A stretch of DNA of 64,000 nucleotides from Patescibacteria group bacterium (lineage in GTDB: Bacteria > Patescibacteriota > Dojkabacteria > J137), in NCBI GenBank assembly GCA_016861265.1, contig BOLA01000001.1:523569-587568 (forward strand), given 5' to 3'. Made by a program: the position numbers and the translations under genes. Below the pieces are notes generated by a model. It was not told the origin of the DNA. It did no database searches and saw only the letters and a list, made by a program, of their open reading frames with translations. Positions 38,427 through 48,383 of this stretch are shown piece by piece (position 1 is the stretch's first letter; every line of letters starts with the position of its first letter).

Positions 38427-39115
38427 AATTTAAACAAACAGAAACAACAACTCAACACTTAATAGAACTTAAAAATATTTCTAAATCCTATAACTTGAAT
38501 AAGGATAATGAATTTAGAGCTCTTAAAGGTGTTGATTTAATAATCGATAGAGGAGAGTTCGTAGCAATAATGGGACCATCGGGAAGTGGTAAATCCACAT
38601 TAATGAATATATTAGGCGCTCTGGACACTCCTGATCGTGGAACATACACAATTAATGGTGTAGATATTAGTAAGTACACAGATGATCAATTAGCCTCTTT
38701 TAGAAACAAAGATGTGGGTTTTGTATTCCAGCAATTTAACCTACTTCCCAGAATTAATGTTAGAGATAATGTACTATTACCGACGCTGTATGGTTATGTA
38801 GAAAATAAAGATGAGAAACTGAAGGAAGTTTTAACTAAGGTAGGTCTTTTAGACAAAATAAATAATAAATCTAACCAATTATCAGGCGGTCAGATTCAAA
38901 GGGTCGCAATTGCTAGAGCATTAATAATGAACCCTTCAATAATTATGGCAGATGAACCCACTGGAAATCTTGATACAAAAACCTCTCAGGAAATTATGAA
39001 TATCTTTAAAAATCTTAATGAGGAGGGTAATACAATTATTCTTGTAACCCATGAGGAGGATATTGCTGCCTACGCTAATAGAAAAATAAGACTTAAGGAT
39101 GGTCAAATAATATAA
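38423..39115 (+). CDS. ABC transporter ATP-binding protein (MacB/LolD-like)
   Basis: Walker A GPSGSGKST, signature LSGGQIQRVAIARA and Walker B IIMADEPT. Confidence 0.9.
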   Translation: MKFKQTETTTQHLIELKNISKSYNLNKDNEFRALKGVDLIIDRGEFVAIMGPSGSGKSTLMNILGALDTPDRGTYTINGVDISKYTDDQLASFRNKDVGFVFQQFNLLPRINVRDNVLLPTLYGYVENKDEKLKEVLTKVGLLDKINNKSNQLSGGQIQRVAIARALIMNPSIIMADEPTGNLDTKTSQEIMNIFKNLNEEGNTIILVTHEEDIAAYANRKIRLKDGQII

Positions 39116-39117
39116 TT

Positions 39118-40335
39118 ATGTTAAAAGATACATTTAAAATAGCAATAGATTCAATGCGGGCCAATAAAGGCAGAGCATTATTAACTATGCTTGGAATAAT
39201 AATTGGAATCTCTTCAGTAATTGCAGCACTATCAATTGGTCAGGCGGCGCAGTCAGTAATACTAGAGCAGGTACAAGGATTGGGTTCAAATACAATTACT
39301 ATTACTTCTGGAAACTTTACGAATGCATTTAGGTCCAGGGCAACAGCATTATCGACACTAAATTCAAAACTAGATTATAAGGTTGTTAACGTATTAGACA
39401 ATAGTATTAAATTCCCGGAGATTGAAGAAGTATCTCCAGAGTCTACTTCAGGTCAGGATATTTTCTACAAGTCAAAAACAGAAAGTGTAAGCGTTTATGG
39501 CATTACACCTACTGTATTCAGTGTAAGGCAGCTTTCGTTATCGAAAGGTAGATTAATAACAGAAGATGATCAGTTAAAAGTGAAAAGAAATATAGTCCTT
39601 GGTTCTGGTGTTGTTAGTTCGTTATTTGGTGAAAGCGATCCACTTGGTAAAGATGTGAAAATAAAGGGTCTAACATTTAAAGTAGTGGGAGTATTGGAAG
39701 AAAAGGGAAATGCAAATTTTGATGAAGCGGTATATGTTCCATTAAGCACACTATCAGCCTCCATAACTGGTTCAAAGAATTTAAACCAAATTGTTGTTAA
39801 AGTAAAGGACGAGGATCAGATCGATACATTAACAGGCAAAATTCAGCAATCACTATTAAAATATTATAAAGTAAGAGATCTAGATAAAGCGCCGTTTACA
39901 GTTATTAGTTCTAAAGACATATTAAGTTTAACCGAAAGCATTACAAGTATTTTTACCGTATTACTTGCAAGCATTGCTGGGATTTCACTAATTGTAGGGG
40001 GAATAGGAATTATGAATATTATGCTGGTTTCTGTAAGTGAAAGAACTAGAGAAATTGGTTTGCGAAAAGCAATTGGAGCCAGACAAAATGCAATCTTGAT
40101 GCAGTTCCTAATAGAAGCAGTGGTATTAACTTTGAGTGGAGGTCTTATTGGGATGGTTCTAGGAATTATACTAGGCATGATTATTGGTGTAGTAGGTGGC
40201 TTCAGTGTTGGAATTTCCATAAGTGCTATTGTATTATCTGTATCCGTTTCGGTAAGTATTGGTGTTATATTCGGCTTCTATCCCGCATATCGAGCTGCGA
40301 AACTAAACCCTATTGATGCATTAAAGTATGAATAA
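39118..40335 (+). CDS. ABC transporter permease, FtsX/MacB-like
   Basis: MacB periplasmic domain plus four C-terminal transmembrane helices of FtsX type. Confidence 0.85.
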   Translation: MLKDTFKIAIDSMRANKGRALLTMLGIIIGISSVIAALSIGQAAQSVILEQVQGLGSNTITITSGNFTNAFRSRATALSTLNSKLDYKVVNVLDNSIKFPEIEEVSPESTSGQDIFYKSKTESVSVYGITPTVFSVRQLSLSKGRLITEDDQLKVKRNIVLGSGVVSSLFGESDPLGKDVKIKGLTFKVVGVLEEKGNANFDEAVYVPLSTLSASITGSKNLNQIVVKVKDEDQIDTLTGKIQQSLLKYYKVRDLDKAPFTVISSKDILSLTESITSIFTVLLASIAGISLIVGGIGIMNIMLVSVSERTREIGLRKAIGARQNAILMQFLIEAVVLTLSGGLIGMVLGIILGMIIGVVGGFSVGISISAIVLSVSVSVSIGVIFGFYPAYRAAKLNPIDALKYE

Positions 40336-40903
40336 TTTAGTACTCAAATTAACAGGAATTCTTGCAGTTTTACTGCCTGTACTAGGAATCTTGTTTTCTA
40401 TGTCACTTAAGACCGATTTTGTAATTGGTAAAAATGTATTGAGTGATTTAGGAGCTGATAGTAGAACTGAGAATCTATTTAACTATTCCTTAATTTTAGG
40501 AGGAATTCTATCAATAATATATTTCCTGAATGAAAAATCCTTATTCGGAGATTCAAGGATATCTAAAAGATTTTTTCTAGTAGGGAGTCTCGGATTGGCA
40601 ATGCTAGGGCTTTTCCCAGTTTATGACGCATCATACTGGTATTTTCAAAGAGTAATGCATTGGTTTGGTGGATTACTTTTCTTTGTGGGGTTTCCACTAG
40701 GAATGTTTACTTTAGGAATAAGTCTGAAACCAACAAGGTTTAGAAAATTCTCTTTTTATTATGCAATTCTAACTCTTTTAGTACCTGCTGTACTTATATT
40801 TAATAATAATATGAGTGTGCTCCAATTTTCGGTAGTAGCCTTAATTATTAATTGGTTCTTTTTATTTGTAGTTAGAGTTTTCAGGCATAAAAGTATTGTA
40901 TAA
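40328..40903 (+). CDS. membrane protein, unknown function
   Basis: 191 aa with about 5 transmembrane segments. Confidence 0.5.
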   Translation: MNNLVLKLTGILAVLLPVLGILFSMSLKTDFVIGKNVLSDLGADSRTENLFNYSLILGGILSIIYFLNEKSLFGDSRISKRFFLVGSLGLAMLGLFPVYDASYWYFQRVMHWFGGLLFFVGFPLGMFTLGISLKPTRFRKFSFYYAILTLLVPAVLIFNNNMSVLQFSVVALIINWFFLFVVRVFRHKSIV

Positions 40904-40906
40904 TCA

Positions 40907-42679
40907 GTGCATATGAACGTAAAAGACAATATTAGACAAAAACTAGACGAGTTTATGCAATCTCAAGGAATTGACATCACTTACGATGTATCTGTTCCAA
41001 AAGATCCCACTCATGGAGGATTCACCACAAATTTTGCTCTTGTTGCAGCTAAACTACTAAAACAATCGCCAATAGCTACTGCTACTATTATAAGTGAATT
41101 ATTTAAAAACGAGGACTACTTAAGTAAGACTGAGATTGCTGGCCCGGGTTTCTTGAACTTCTATATTAATCAAAACTTAACTAAGGCATTAGTTAATAAT
41201 ATTATAAGTAATCCCAATTACGGTGAAAGTAAAGCAATTAATCAAAAATGGCTAATAGAGCATACTTCTCCCAATCCAAATAAGTCAATGCATCTAGGTC
41301 ATCTACGAAACAATGTTACTGGAGTTGCAATTGCAAACATTGCAAGAGCTGCAGGTGCGAACGTAACAATAGATGCAATAGATAACAATAGAGGAATTGC
41401 TATTGCAAAACTAATGTGGGGTTATTTGAAATTTGCAAACAAAGATCAAAATAAACAAACCGAAGATATAAGATATTGGTTTGAACACAAGTCTGAATGG
41501 ATGACGCCTGAAGATGCAGGGTTAAGCTCAGATAAATTTATGGATGGAATGTATGTTAAAGGCAGCGAAGACTTTAAGAATCCGGAAGTAGAACAGAAAG
41601 TAAGGCAACTAGTTGTTGATTGGGAAGCAGAAGATAATCTGACTTGGGAACTTTGGAAGACAGTATTAAATTATGTATACCAAGGACAGGCCAAAACACT
41701 AAGTAGATTAGGGAGTAATTGGGATCATGTCTGGCATGAACACGAACATTACAAAGAAGGGAAAGAGATTGTAGAACAAGGGTTATCTAAAGGTATCTTT
41801 ATAAAATTACCAGACGGAGCAATAGTTACAAATTTAAAAGAATACAAAATACCAGATACAATTGTAATAAAAAAAGATGGAACCTCCTTGTATATTACAC
41901 AGGATTTAGCGCTTACAAAAAAGAAAATTGATAGATTTAATCCCGATAAGATCTTTTGGGTAATCGGTCCCGAGCAGTCACTCGCAATGAAGCAGGTTTT
42001 TGCAGTGTCGAATCAGCTAGGTTTTGGTCCACTTGAAAAATTTAATCACATTGCCTACGGATTTATTAGCATTAAGGGACAAGGAAAGATGAGTTCAAGA
42101 GCCGGAAATGTAATCTATATTGACGATCTACTGGACGAGGCAAGAGATAGTGTAATGGAGAAAATAAAAAATGATGAATTAACTGAAGACCAAAAAAGAG
42201 AGGTTGCGGAGAAAGTTGGAATTGCCGCTGTTAAATACAGTATTTTGAAAGTTGGTAGAACAACTGACACTGCATTCGACTTTGATACTTCACTGTCGTT
42301 TGAGGGGGACTCAGGTCCATATTTAATGTATTCCTATGCAAGGTGTGCTTCCATTTTAAGACAGTACGAAAAACCGGTTGAAGAAGTTCAAAATTTTGAA
42401 AATATATACAATACTGCAGAAGAGGTTGAATTGCTTAGAATACTTAATAATTTCCCCGAGGTAGTAAAGGAGTCTGCTAATAACTACGCACCAAATTTAG
42501 TATGTAGCTACTTATTTGAGTTAGCACAAAGTTTTAACAAATTCTATAACCAACACTCAGTCTTAAAAGCTGAAAACGAAGAACTGGTAAGAAGTAGGGT
42601 AATCCTAACTAAAGCCATTTCCATTGTAATTAAGAAGGGGTTATCGCTTCTTGGAATTGATACTGTTGAAGCCATGTAA
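40907..42679 (+). CDS. argS: arginyl-tRNA synthetase
   Basis: HIGH-class motif SMHLGHLRN and KMSKS variant GKMSSRAGN. Add-1-like N-terminus and DALR C-terminal domain. Confidence 0.85.
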   Translation: MHMNVKDNIRQKLDEFMQSQGIDITYDVSVPKDPTHGGFTTNFALVAAKLLKQSPIATATIISELFKNEDYLSKTEIAGPGFLNFYINQNLTKALVNNIISNPNYGESKAINQKWLIEHTSPNPNKSMHLGHLRNNVTGVAIANIARAAGANVTIDAIDNNRGIAIAKLMWGYLKFANKDQNKQTEDIRYWFEHKSEWMTPEDAGLSSDKFMDGMYVKGSEDFKNPEVEQKVRQLVVDWEAEDNLTWELWKTVLNYVYQGQAKTLSRLGSNWDHVWHEHEHYKEGKEIVEQGLSKGIFIKLPDGAIVTNLKEYKIPDTIVIKKDGTSLYITQDLALTKKKIDRFNPDKIFWVIGPEQSLAMKQVFAVSNQLGFGPLEKFNHIAYGFISIKGQGKMSSRAGNVIYIDDLLDEARDSVMEKIKNDELTEDQKREVAEKVGIAAVKYSILKVGRTTDTAFDFDTSLSFEGDSGPYLMYSYARCASILRQYEKPVEEVQNFENIYNTAEEVELLRILNNFPEVVKESANNYAPNLVCSYLFELAQSFNKFYNQHSVLKAENEELVRSRVILTKAISIVIKKGLSLLGIDTVEAM

Positions 42680-43939
42680 TGCCTTCTGGCTTAGTGCAAG
42701 AGCTACGCTAAAGAAGATTAAAAAGTCCATCAGATTTACAATACCGTTTTCGTGTATTACACTTCGTAACATCCAGGCAAATACCGCAATAAAAGTAAAA
42801 TCCAATATTCTATGTTTATTGTTATTAAATATTCTTTTAAATAATTTTCCGACTAGGGTCAGAAAAATTGCCAATACTACAAATCCATTTTGAATAATTA
42901 TATCTAGTATAAAGTTATGGGCTCTATCTACAAGTAGCCCCTTAATTAATCCGTAATCTCTAAATACTTCACCCAAAGTATCGAATCCAAATCCAAATAA
43001 AATTATTCTGAACTGGTTCATGTTGAATGGTTGTGTAATTATTGTAAGGACTGAATTTAAGATATCTATACGAAGATTGTATTCAGTGTTTGTTCTTAGA
43101 AAAGTGTAGGCACCTATTGCGGCTGCGACAACTCCAAATGTTAAAAAATACATAAAAATCTTCTTGGGTAAGATTTCGTATAGAACTATTAACGCAATCG
43201 CAGCCGCTGCGGAAACCATACCCCATCCAGATTGCGTTAGCCCCAAAACTGCTATGAATAAAAATATTAACAATCCAAAGTATAATTTGAATATTAAACG
43301 AAGCGTTAAATTTCTATGCAATCTTAGACCTAGATAGTATGCAGAAAATATTATTGCTAAAAGTAATCTTCCGGCAAACCAATTCGCCTGACCAAAAGTA
43401 CCATTTACCCAAATTCCTTCTAATATAGAACTAGGATTAATCCTTACCAGTTCTGTAAACTGATTATATGCCGTAGCACACTGAATAACTGTAGAAAATA
43501 TTAAGCCCAACGATAGCAAATGCCAATTGGTGACAGATATATTACTATATACACCATAGGCTGCCCATATCATTAATAGATAGGTAATGACACCCTGTAA
43601 CCTAAATGAATTACCCCAGATTGCAATGTCTATGTGAGTGGAAAGCAGTGTAGATATAATGAATAGCAATGTGATTATTAGTACTACGTATAGTGACTTG
43701 GGCAATCTAAACTTATTTGAATTTCGTTGTTTTAGTACTCCTGTAACAAACGCTAATATTAGAATTACAGCACATGTTATTTGATAGAAGAAAACTTTTG
43801 GAAGCTCATATCCCTTAGGTAGAGTATTATAATCAACTATAAATGGAGATACACAAATACCTACTGCAGCAATAAAGATAATGCTTTGCTGTAGTACAAG
43901 TAACAAGTTGTTTTTAATATATTCAATTAGTTTGCTCAT
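42641..43939 (-). CDS. polytopic membrane protein, possibly O-antigen ligase/polymerase-like
   Basis: 432 aa with at least 10 transmembrane segments and a large loop. Family assignment is weak. Confidence 0.35.
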   Translation of the reverse strand: MSKLIEYIKNNLLLVLQQSIIFIAAVGICVSPFIVDYNTLPKGYELPKVFFYQITCAVILILAFVTGVLKQRNSNKFRLPKSLYVVLIITLLFIISTLLSTHIDIAIWGNSFRLQGVITYLLMIWAAYGVYSNISVTNWHLLSLGLIFSTVIQCATAYNQFTELVRINPSSILEGIWVNGTFGQANWFAGRLLLAIIFSAYYLGLRLHRNLTLRLIFKLYFGLLIFLFIAVLGLTQSGWGMVSAAAAIALIVLYEILPKKIFMYFLTFGVVAAAIGAYTFLRTNTEYNLRIDILNSVLTIITQPFNMNQFRIILFGFGFDTLGEVFRDYGLIKGLLVDRAHNFILDIIIQNGFVVLAIFLTLVGKLFKRIFNNNKHRILDFTFIAVFAWMLRSVIHENGIVNLMDFLIFFSVALALSQKALHGFNSINSKKR

Positions 43940-43992
43940 AAGTGCTTTGCACTTAAAGATATTAACAGATAAACTGTGTTCTATAAAATACT

Positions 43993-45012
43993 ATGAAGAA
44001 TCATAATATCTCTATAAAGTTTTTAATAATAATATTAACATCCATAATTGGTATAACCATTGTTGTATCAAGCTTTCCTGATATTGTTAAATCGACTAAA
44101 ATCGATAATCCTCCCATCTCATTTACTCAGAAAGAATATGAACAGCCAATCAAAGAAACTAGTTCATTTAGCATGCTTTTTGTGGGGGATGTAATGCTTG
44201 CCAGATCAATTGGCTATGCAATTCAATCGGGAGATAATCCGTTTAGAAATGTAAAGTCAACTTTTGACGAGTATGATTTAGTAATCGCGAATCTTGAGAC
44301 TGTTGCTTCAGAAGATCAGTATGCCTTTCAAAACCCTAATAAGTTATTCACTTTTAATGCACCAGTAACTACTTTAAATACACTAACTCAAAATGGGATT
44401 GATGCAGTAAGTCTTGCTAACAACCATACAATGGATTTTGGGTCCCAAGCTCTTTTAAACACAATTCAGAATTTAAAAGATAGAGGTGTGTTGTATGCAG
44501 GAGCTGGAAATAATATTAAAGAAGCTTTTGAGCCAAAATATATTTTCCATAATAAAACTACTATTGCACTATTAGCATTTAATGATATTGAAAATTGGGT
44601 TGCGGATGCCACAGAAAATTCACCTGGTTCAGCAAATTTTGATAAACAAAGAATTAGAGAATCTTTAGAAAAAGCTAATGTTAATGCGGATATTGTAGTA
44701 GTTTTCCCGCACTGGGGAATAGAATACTCTTTAACTAATTCGGATAGGCAATCGGAATACGCAAGATACTTTATTGATAACGGTGCAGACATAGTAATTG
44801 GAGCACATCCACATGTATTGCAAAATAGTGAAGAATACAATGCAAAAATGATTTATTACTCATTGGGTAACTTTGTGTTCGATGATATGTGTACAATTCC
44901 CAATGCATGTAGTGCCGGAATGGTCGAGATTCTTGTGGAGGATAGTGAAATTAAAAGCTCGCGATTAATTAATATTAGGCTAGCCGACAATGGTTTTCCA
45001 GAGCTAGAATAA
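43993..45012 (+). CDS. CapA/PgsA-family metallophosphatase (poly-gamma-glutamate/capsule biosynthesis-like)
   Basis: FVGDVM, NLE, ANNH and GAHPHVLQ metallophosphoesterase motifs in CapA order. Confidence 0.65.
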   Translation: MKNHNISIKFLIIILTSIIGITIVVSSFPDIVKSTKIDNPPISFTQKEYEQPIKETSSFSMLFVGDVMLARSIGYAIQSGDNPFRNVKSTFDEYDLVIANLETVASEDQYAFQNPNKLFTFNAPVTTLNTLTQNGIDAVSLANNHTMDFGSQALLNTIQNLKDRGVLYAGAGNNIKEAFEPKYIFHNKTTIALLAFNDIENWVADATENSPGSANFDKQRIRESLEKANVNADIVVVFPHWGIEYSLTNSDRQSEYARYFIDNGADIVIGAHPHVLQNSEEYNAKMIYYSLGNFVFDDMCTIPNACSAGMVEILVEDSEIKSSRLINIRLADNGFPELE

Positions 45013-45453
45013 TTATTTCTTATTCCTTAATAGGTCTCTAATTTCAGTTAATAACTCTTCTTGTTTGCTCATTGCCTGTTTTGTTTGCTGTACCTCTTCC
45101 TTTTTCTGCTTTTTTTCTTGAGCCTTCTTTAGGGTGTTAATTCCTTTTACCATAAGGAAAATACAAAGCGCTACAATTAAAAAGTCAAAGGTATTCTGTA
45201 AAAAGTTACCATAGTTTAAGGTTGCGGCGGGTACAATATTTCCTGTTGAATCAATATATTCAGGCTTTAATACAAGTTTTAAACTTGTGAAATTAACTCC
45301 ACCCACAATTAATCCTATTAGTGGGGTAAATATATCTGCAACAAGTGAAGATACAATCTTACCGAAAGCGGCTCCAATAATAACTCCGACGGCCAAGTCG
45401 ATTACATTGCCCTTCATGGCAAACTCTTTAAACTCGTTTAAGATTTTGTTCAT
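45013..45453 (-). CDS. mscL: large-conductance mechanosensitive channel MscL
   Basis: [34 protein letters not shown] is the canonical MscL N-terminus and TM1. Confidence 0.88.
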   Translation of the reverse strand: MNKILNEFKEFAMKGNVIDLAVGVIIGAAFGKIVSSLVADIFTPLIGLIVGGVNFTSLKLVLKPEYIDSTGNIVPAATLNYGNFLQNTFDFLIVALCIFLMVKGINTLKKAQEKKQKKEEVQQTKQAMSKQEELLTEIRDLLRNKK

Positions 45454-45534
45454 AACTAGAATTATTATAAGTAATTTATTTTACTAAACTAATTGAAATG
45501 GCGGGACACACAGGTCTGGAACCAATGAATACTT

Positions 45535-45614
45535 TGGTGAAGGGACTCGAACCCTCACAGATTTGCATCTAATTGTTTGGAAAACAATCGTGTCTACCAT
45601 TGCACCACACCTGG
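45535..45614 (-). tRNA. tRNA-like gene, anticodon loop UU-UCC-AA (Gly-type), with a long variable hairpin and an imperfect acceptor stem
   Basis: Reverse complement shows a D-arm GTGC/AATGGTAGA/(A)CAC, an anticodon stem ATTGT/ACAAT with loop TTTCCAA, a variable hairpin AGAT-GCAA-ATCT and a T-arm GAGGG-TTCGAGT-CCCTT. Only 4 of 7 acceptor pairs form (CCAGGTG versus CACCAAA), so it may be a damaged or atypical tRNA. Confidence 0.4.
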
Positions 45615-45689
45615 AATTCATCCACCAAAATATTCAATTTAATTATAACAAATGAGACATTTGAGACACCTAAAAAAGGAGTCTCAAAA

Positions 45690-46703
45690 TTATTCTAAAA
45701 TCTTTGTAAAAACCCTCCTCATGTCAATACAGCAGTAAATGTAAACTTCTCTAAAGTAATCGCTGGATAAAGATTTGTTATAGAAATTTTTCTTAATCCT
45801 ATCTAGCGTACGCGGCGTAAACAAGGGATCATCAATCCATAATATCAACATTCCTTTTCCGTACTTATTCAATGCATTTTTATACGAGTTTTTGTTTAAC
45901 TTTCTCTCGACTCCTTCAACTGTAGAATATGAAATAGCTTTATCTGGTTCGAAGATTACTCCCGGAGGATGTTTATAAATTACATCGCCTCCAAATGCCC
46001 AAGAATAGGCCTCTTTTGCTTCTTCTTCATTTCTAAATACATCCGTGATTTCTACCCAAACTTGTTCTCCGGAATTAGCTTTTAATATTGCATCTGGTGG
46101 ATCTGGAGTTTCTATAACTGAATAACTAGATGTAGGCTTACTAATAAATTTCGCAAAATCCTTGGCTACAGCCAACTCGTGTGCCCGCTTAAGTTCTTGT
46201 ATATTTCTAAAATTTTGCATTAAGAGATTTGAGACTGGAATATCGGCATGGTTTCCCACTGGCAATATTACAAAATATGCATATTTATAATTCAGATCAA
46301 TTTGATATGCCCTCAATTTTCTCTTATCTTCAAAGACTGCGTCACTTCCAGTATTGTTTGATTTCTTTGCTTCAATCACTAAAAAGTTGGAATCGGAAGC
46401 TGAGCCTCGTTTATGGATTATTATGTCAGGATAGACGGTAACAGCTTCAGTATTATTACTTTCAATTTCAGCAATGGTTGTGATTAATTTCTTAGGTAAT
46501 TCTCCATCTCGATTGTATTCACAATCTACTGAGAATCCGTCAAGCTTAGGAAAGAAATTCTTTAGTTCTTGTTCAAGATATACAGCTAGCCTATGAGTTA
46601 GGCTCCTCTCGTTAATATTAACTTGTAGGATATGACGATCTTCTGTAATAAGCCTACTTAACGATTTCTCAATTAATTGTTTAACCTTTTCATTTTCTTC
46701 CAT
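45690..46703 (-). CDS. PD-(D/E)xK nuclease-fold protein (restriction-endonuclease-like)
   Basis: VYPDIIIHKRG...FLVIEAKK gives a PD...(E)xK core motif. 337 aa. Confidence 0.5.
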   Translation of the reverse strand: MEENEKVKQLIEKSLSRLITEDRHILQVNINERSLTHRLAVYLEQELKNFFPKLDGFSVDCEYNRDGELPKKLITTIAEIESNNTEAVTVYPDIIIHKRGSASDSNFLVIEAKKSNNTGSDAVFEDKRKLRAYQIDLNYKYAYFVILPVGNHADIPVSNLLMQNFRNIQELKRAHELAVAKDFAKFISKPTSSYSVIETPDPPDAILKANSGEQVWVEITDVFRNEEEAKEAYSWAFGGDVIYKHPPGVIFEPDKAISYSTVEGVERKLNKNSYKNALNKYGKGMLILWIDDPLFTPRTLDRIKKNFYNKSLSSDYFREVYIYCCIDMRRVFTKILE

Positions 46704-46710
46704 GAATTCA

Positions 46711-48336
46711 TTATATCAACATCTCAACTCCATCATTATCAACAAACTTCCACTTCTTATTACTACTTGAAGTCTTTTCATGCTTCTTAAAGAATTTTTT
46801 ATTATCCTCAGCCATGTAAACCGTAAAGTAAGTTTTACCATTCGAATCTTTTAATTCTCGCCCAATTAATTCACCATTTCGGTTCATTTTACTAACTGTA
46901 GCAGAATGTAATCCAAATTCACTTTTAAATTGCCAACTCGCAATCCATAGATCATGATTCTTAATAATCTCAGCTGGTACTATCCCTTCTTTTACATTTC
47001 TTCTACAATCAGCACATTGAATACCATCTAGATTCCACCAAGACTCACTACCTTTAAGACCTCTAGAACAAAGATTACATGAATAACCAGATTCTCGGTC
47101 CTCTAAGAAGAAACCTTCGGGTTCTTTTTCCAATCTTTTCTTTCTTAGTCTCTCTGTTATTTCCATCTCTGCTAGTAGTCTTGCTATTTCTGCTGAGTTT
47201 GAATACTTTAAAAGTTTCTCGGGATCTATTTCTGTTTTAGGTTCTTCTTTCTTTTTACCAAACAATTCATGTAAATCTTCATCACGTTCATATCCTTTTA
47301 ATTGTCCCGAAATATACCCTAATCTATAGGAAGTACCATCTGGTGTAAGTCTCCAGTTTGTTATCTCTAAAGCTTCTTTAATTATTTTTTCTAATTCTTT
47401 AGTACTATCTTTACTGCTTCTATTTGTATCATTATCTTGAACTGAGAATGGAACTATAACAAATCGAGTAATTTCAGGTTTATCAAAGGCTAAATTTTTA
47501 AACTTATATTTAACTAGCTTTTTATTAAGTACCTTTTCAAGTTCAACGATGGTTAATCTTTTTATATTAAAGGTTCTTTCATAAACAGGATCTTGATATT
47601 TTTGAAGCTCATATTCGTATATTTCATTCATAAACTTTAGCTGTTCAAATCCATCTAGTAACTCATCGCCTTTTTCTTTTGACAAACAAAATTCTGATCT
47701 GTATTTTTCTAATAATGATTTCTCCTTTTGTTCTTTCTGTAATCTTTCCTCATCATTCTTTTTATAATCATCAATTTCAATATTCTTATAATCACATGAA
47801 GTACATTTTGTGGTAGTAGTAACTATGTCATCTTTTCGTTTAAACTTATATTTAACCTCTGATTTACATTTTGGGCAAAGATCTGGTTCATGGATCCATT
47901 CCTTTCCATCTTCCCAAACATGTTTACGCTTCTTACATGAGGGGCATTCGAAGAAAAATAACATTTTCTGTGGTTTAGCATCATGCCAATCAAGTGATTT
48001 CATTGTTACATCCATTAACTTATTGCAAGTTGAACACTTAATTGCTGGAGCTGGAGTATTATCATATTTATATTGCTTGAGTTCATCTTCTTCTATCCAT
48101 TCTTTAATTTCAGTTTCTCGATTCTTATATCTGTATAATTTGGTATTTAGAAGCTGTTCATGAAGAACTTGGTTCCAGCCATTATTGATTTCTTCTATTG
48201 GAGTATTTTGGATGTCATGAGATTTGAGTGAATCTTTAGCAACTTTGCTTATAAATTCAATTTTATCAAGACATAGTTCAATAGTTAGTAAATCATACCG
48301 ATCTTCATAGTATTGTTGATCTTGAAGATATTGCAT
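46711..48336 (-). CDS. hypothetical protein with multiple CxxC zinc-ribbon pairs
   Basis: CSTCNK, CPSCKK, CPKCKS, CTSCDY, CNLCSR and CADCRR pairs. 541 aa. 7 nt upstream of the PD-(D/E)xK gene. Confidence 0.5.
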   Translation of the reverse strand: MQYLQDQQYYEDRYDLLTIELCLDKIEFISKVAKDSLKSHDIQNTPIEEINNGWNQVLHEQLLNTKLYRYKNRETEIKEWIEEDELKQYKYDNTPAPAIKCSTCNKLMDVTMKSLDWHDAKPQKMLFFFECPSCKKRKHVWEDGKEWIHEPDLCPKCKSEVKYKFKRKDDIVTTTTKCTSCDYKNIEIDDYKKNDEERLQKEQKEKSLLEKYRSEFCLSKEKGDELLDGFEQLKFMNEIYEYELQKYQDPVYERTFNIKRLTIVELEKVLNKKLVKYKFKNLAFDKPEITRFVIVPFSVQDNDTNRSSKDSTKELEKIIKEALEITNWRLTPDGTSYRLGYISGQLKGYERDEDLHELFGKKKEEPKTEIDPEKLLKYSNSAEIARLLAEMEITERLRKKRLEKEPEGFFLEDRESGYSCNLCSRGLKGSESWWNLDGIQCADCRRNVKEGIVPAEIIKNHDLWIASWQFKSEFGLHSATVSKMNRNGELIGRELKDSNGKTYFTVYMAEDNKKFFKKHEKTSSSNKKWKFVDNDGVEMLI

Positions 48337-48383
48337 AAATAATTATATATTTTTTTGCTTTAAAGTTATAATTTCTGCATATT

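Noticed and set aside
45454-45690. Island integration into the 3' end of the tRNA-like gene
   Set aside because: The island genes lie on the 5' side of the tRNA-like gene, not the 3' side. No direct repeat of the tRNA 3' half was found near the serine integrase end (60832-60923).
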